Below, piece by piece: positions 63,791-64,000 of a stretch of 64,000 bases of DNA. Position 1 is the stretch's first letter; the number at the start of each line of letters is the position of its first letter. Source of the stretch: a virus; the IMG/VR virus record IMGVR_UViG_3300018080_005419; one strand, 5' to 3'. A program made the translations under genes and the position numbers. A model generated the notes under the pieces. That model had not been told where the DNA came from, made no database searches, and saw nothing but the letters and a program-made list of their open reading frames with translations.

Positions 63791-64000
63791 TTTTTGCGAC
63801 TAGCTCCAACCCAAGGAAATTCAACCAATGGGATTTCTTCAATGCCAAGAAAACCGCATAGCTTTTTCCATTTATCTATATTGCTTAATTTGGAGTCTGT
63901 AATATCAATTTGAAGAAGTTGATCTTGCTTATCATCAAAAAAACGCCCAATTTGTATTTGATGCTTTATGTATCCATTTGAAAAAGATTCTTCATTAAAA
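63787..64000 (-). CDS. sulfotransferase-like protein, C-terminal fragment (5' end beyond the window)
   Basis: Hand translation: ...YIKHQIQIGRFFDDKQDQLLQIDI...KWKKLCGFLGIEEIPLVEFPWVG...*, matching the Sulfotransfer_4-type C-terminus (W..LC.FLG...P...FP). The TGA overlaps the GT2 ATG. Confidence 0.6.
   Translation of the reverse strand, partial: FNEESFSNGYIKHQIQIGRFFDDKQDQLLQIDITDSKLSNIDKWKKLCGFLGIEEIPLVEFPWVGASRKK

Noticed and set aside
1-64000. Stop-codon reassignment (TAG or TGA read as sense), as in some large phages
   Set aside because: Standard-code ORFs tile the window densely, including a 2309-aa gene. Genes end cleanly at TAG (1102, 21288, 58267) and at TGA in ATGA overlaps, with the next gene starting immediately.
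1-64000. tRNA, tmRNA or rRNA genes
   Set aside because: Intergenic gaps are short and AT-rich; no cloverleaf or T-loop (GTTCRA) context was seen outside coding sequence.
51389-64000. Glycan cluster as host chromosomal DNA, i.e. a prophage boundary
   Set aside because: It is co-oriented and contiguous with phage-type genes, looks similar in composition, has no integrase, att-like repeat or tRNA at the junction, and lacks the membrane export and polymerase genes expected of a chromosomal locus. Read-level confirmation is still advisable.

Overview
A 64-kb, AT-rich, very gene-dense segment of a large or jumbo tailed-phage genome, read in the standard genetic code. All credible genes but two lie on the minus strand. 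In transcription order (right to left) it holds: (i) a split cluster of about 15 glycan genes at 51.4-64 kb (sulfotransferase-like fragment, GT2, GT32-like, CstII/Maf-like transferase, YjbQ, NeuA-like cytidylyltransferase, pyruvate aldolase, SDR, KdsC-like phosphatase, RmlD-like reductase, Glf, a DxD protein, and an FnlA/RmlD-like/2-epimerase trio), interrupted by an inverted prepilin-type H-X9-DG gene; (ii) nucleotide and redox genes (AAA kinase, ferredoxin:thioredoxin reductase-like subunit, phosphoesterases, radical SAM/SPASM, 5'-nucleotidase, Tmk); (iii) KTSC, 3D-domain and DUF3175-like genes; (iv) a hybrid histidine kinase, a holin-like membrane protein and a receiver protein; (v) class II ribonucleotide reductase NrdJ with two mini-inteins; (vi) a head-tail and tail module with three tail-tube paralogs, three chaperone-like paralogs, a 2309-aa tape measure protein, a hub-like protein and two paralogous fibre proteins, one ending in a roughly 200-aa poly-serine domain; (vii) thioredoxin, an intein-split SNF2 helicase and a DnaB-like helicase. 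No capsid, portal, terminase, sheath, integrase, tRNA, rRNA or CRISPR array was recognised. The best candidate for an undescribed system is phage-encoded virion glycosylation: nucleotide-sugar and ulosonic-acid synthesis plus soluble transferases, alongside a mucin-like poly-Ser fibre that could be the acceptor. A phage-borne two-component system and a PVC-type prepilin-like gene are also unusual. All family assignments come from motif recognition by eye, not from database searches.
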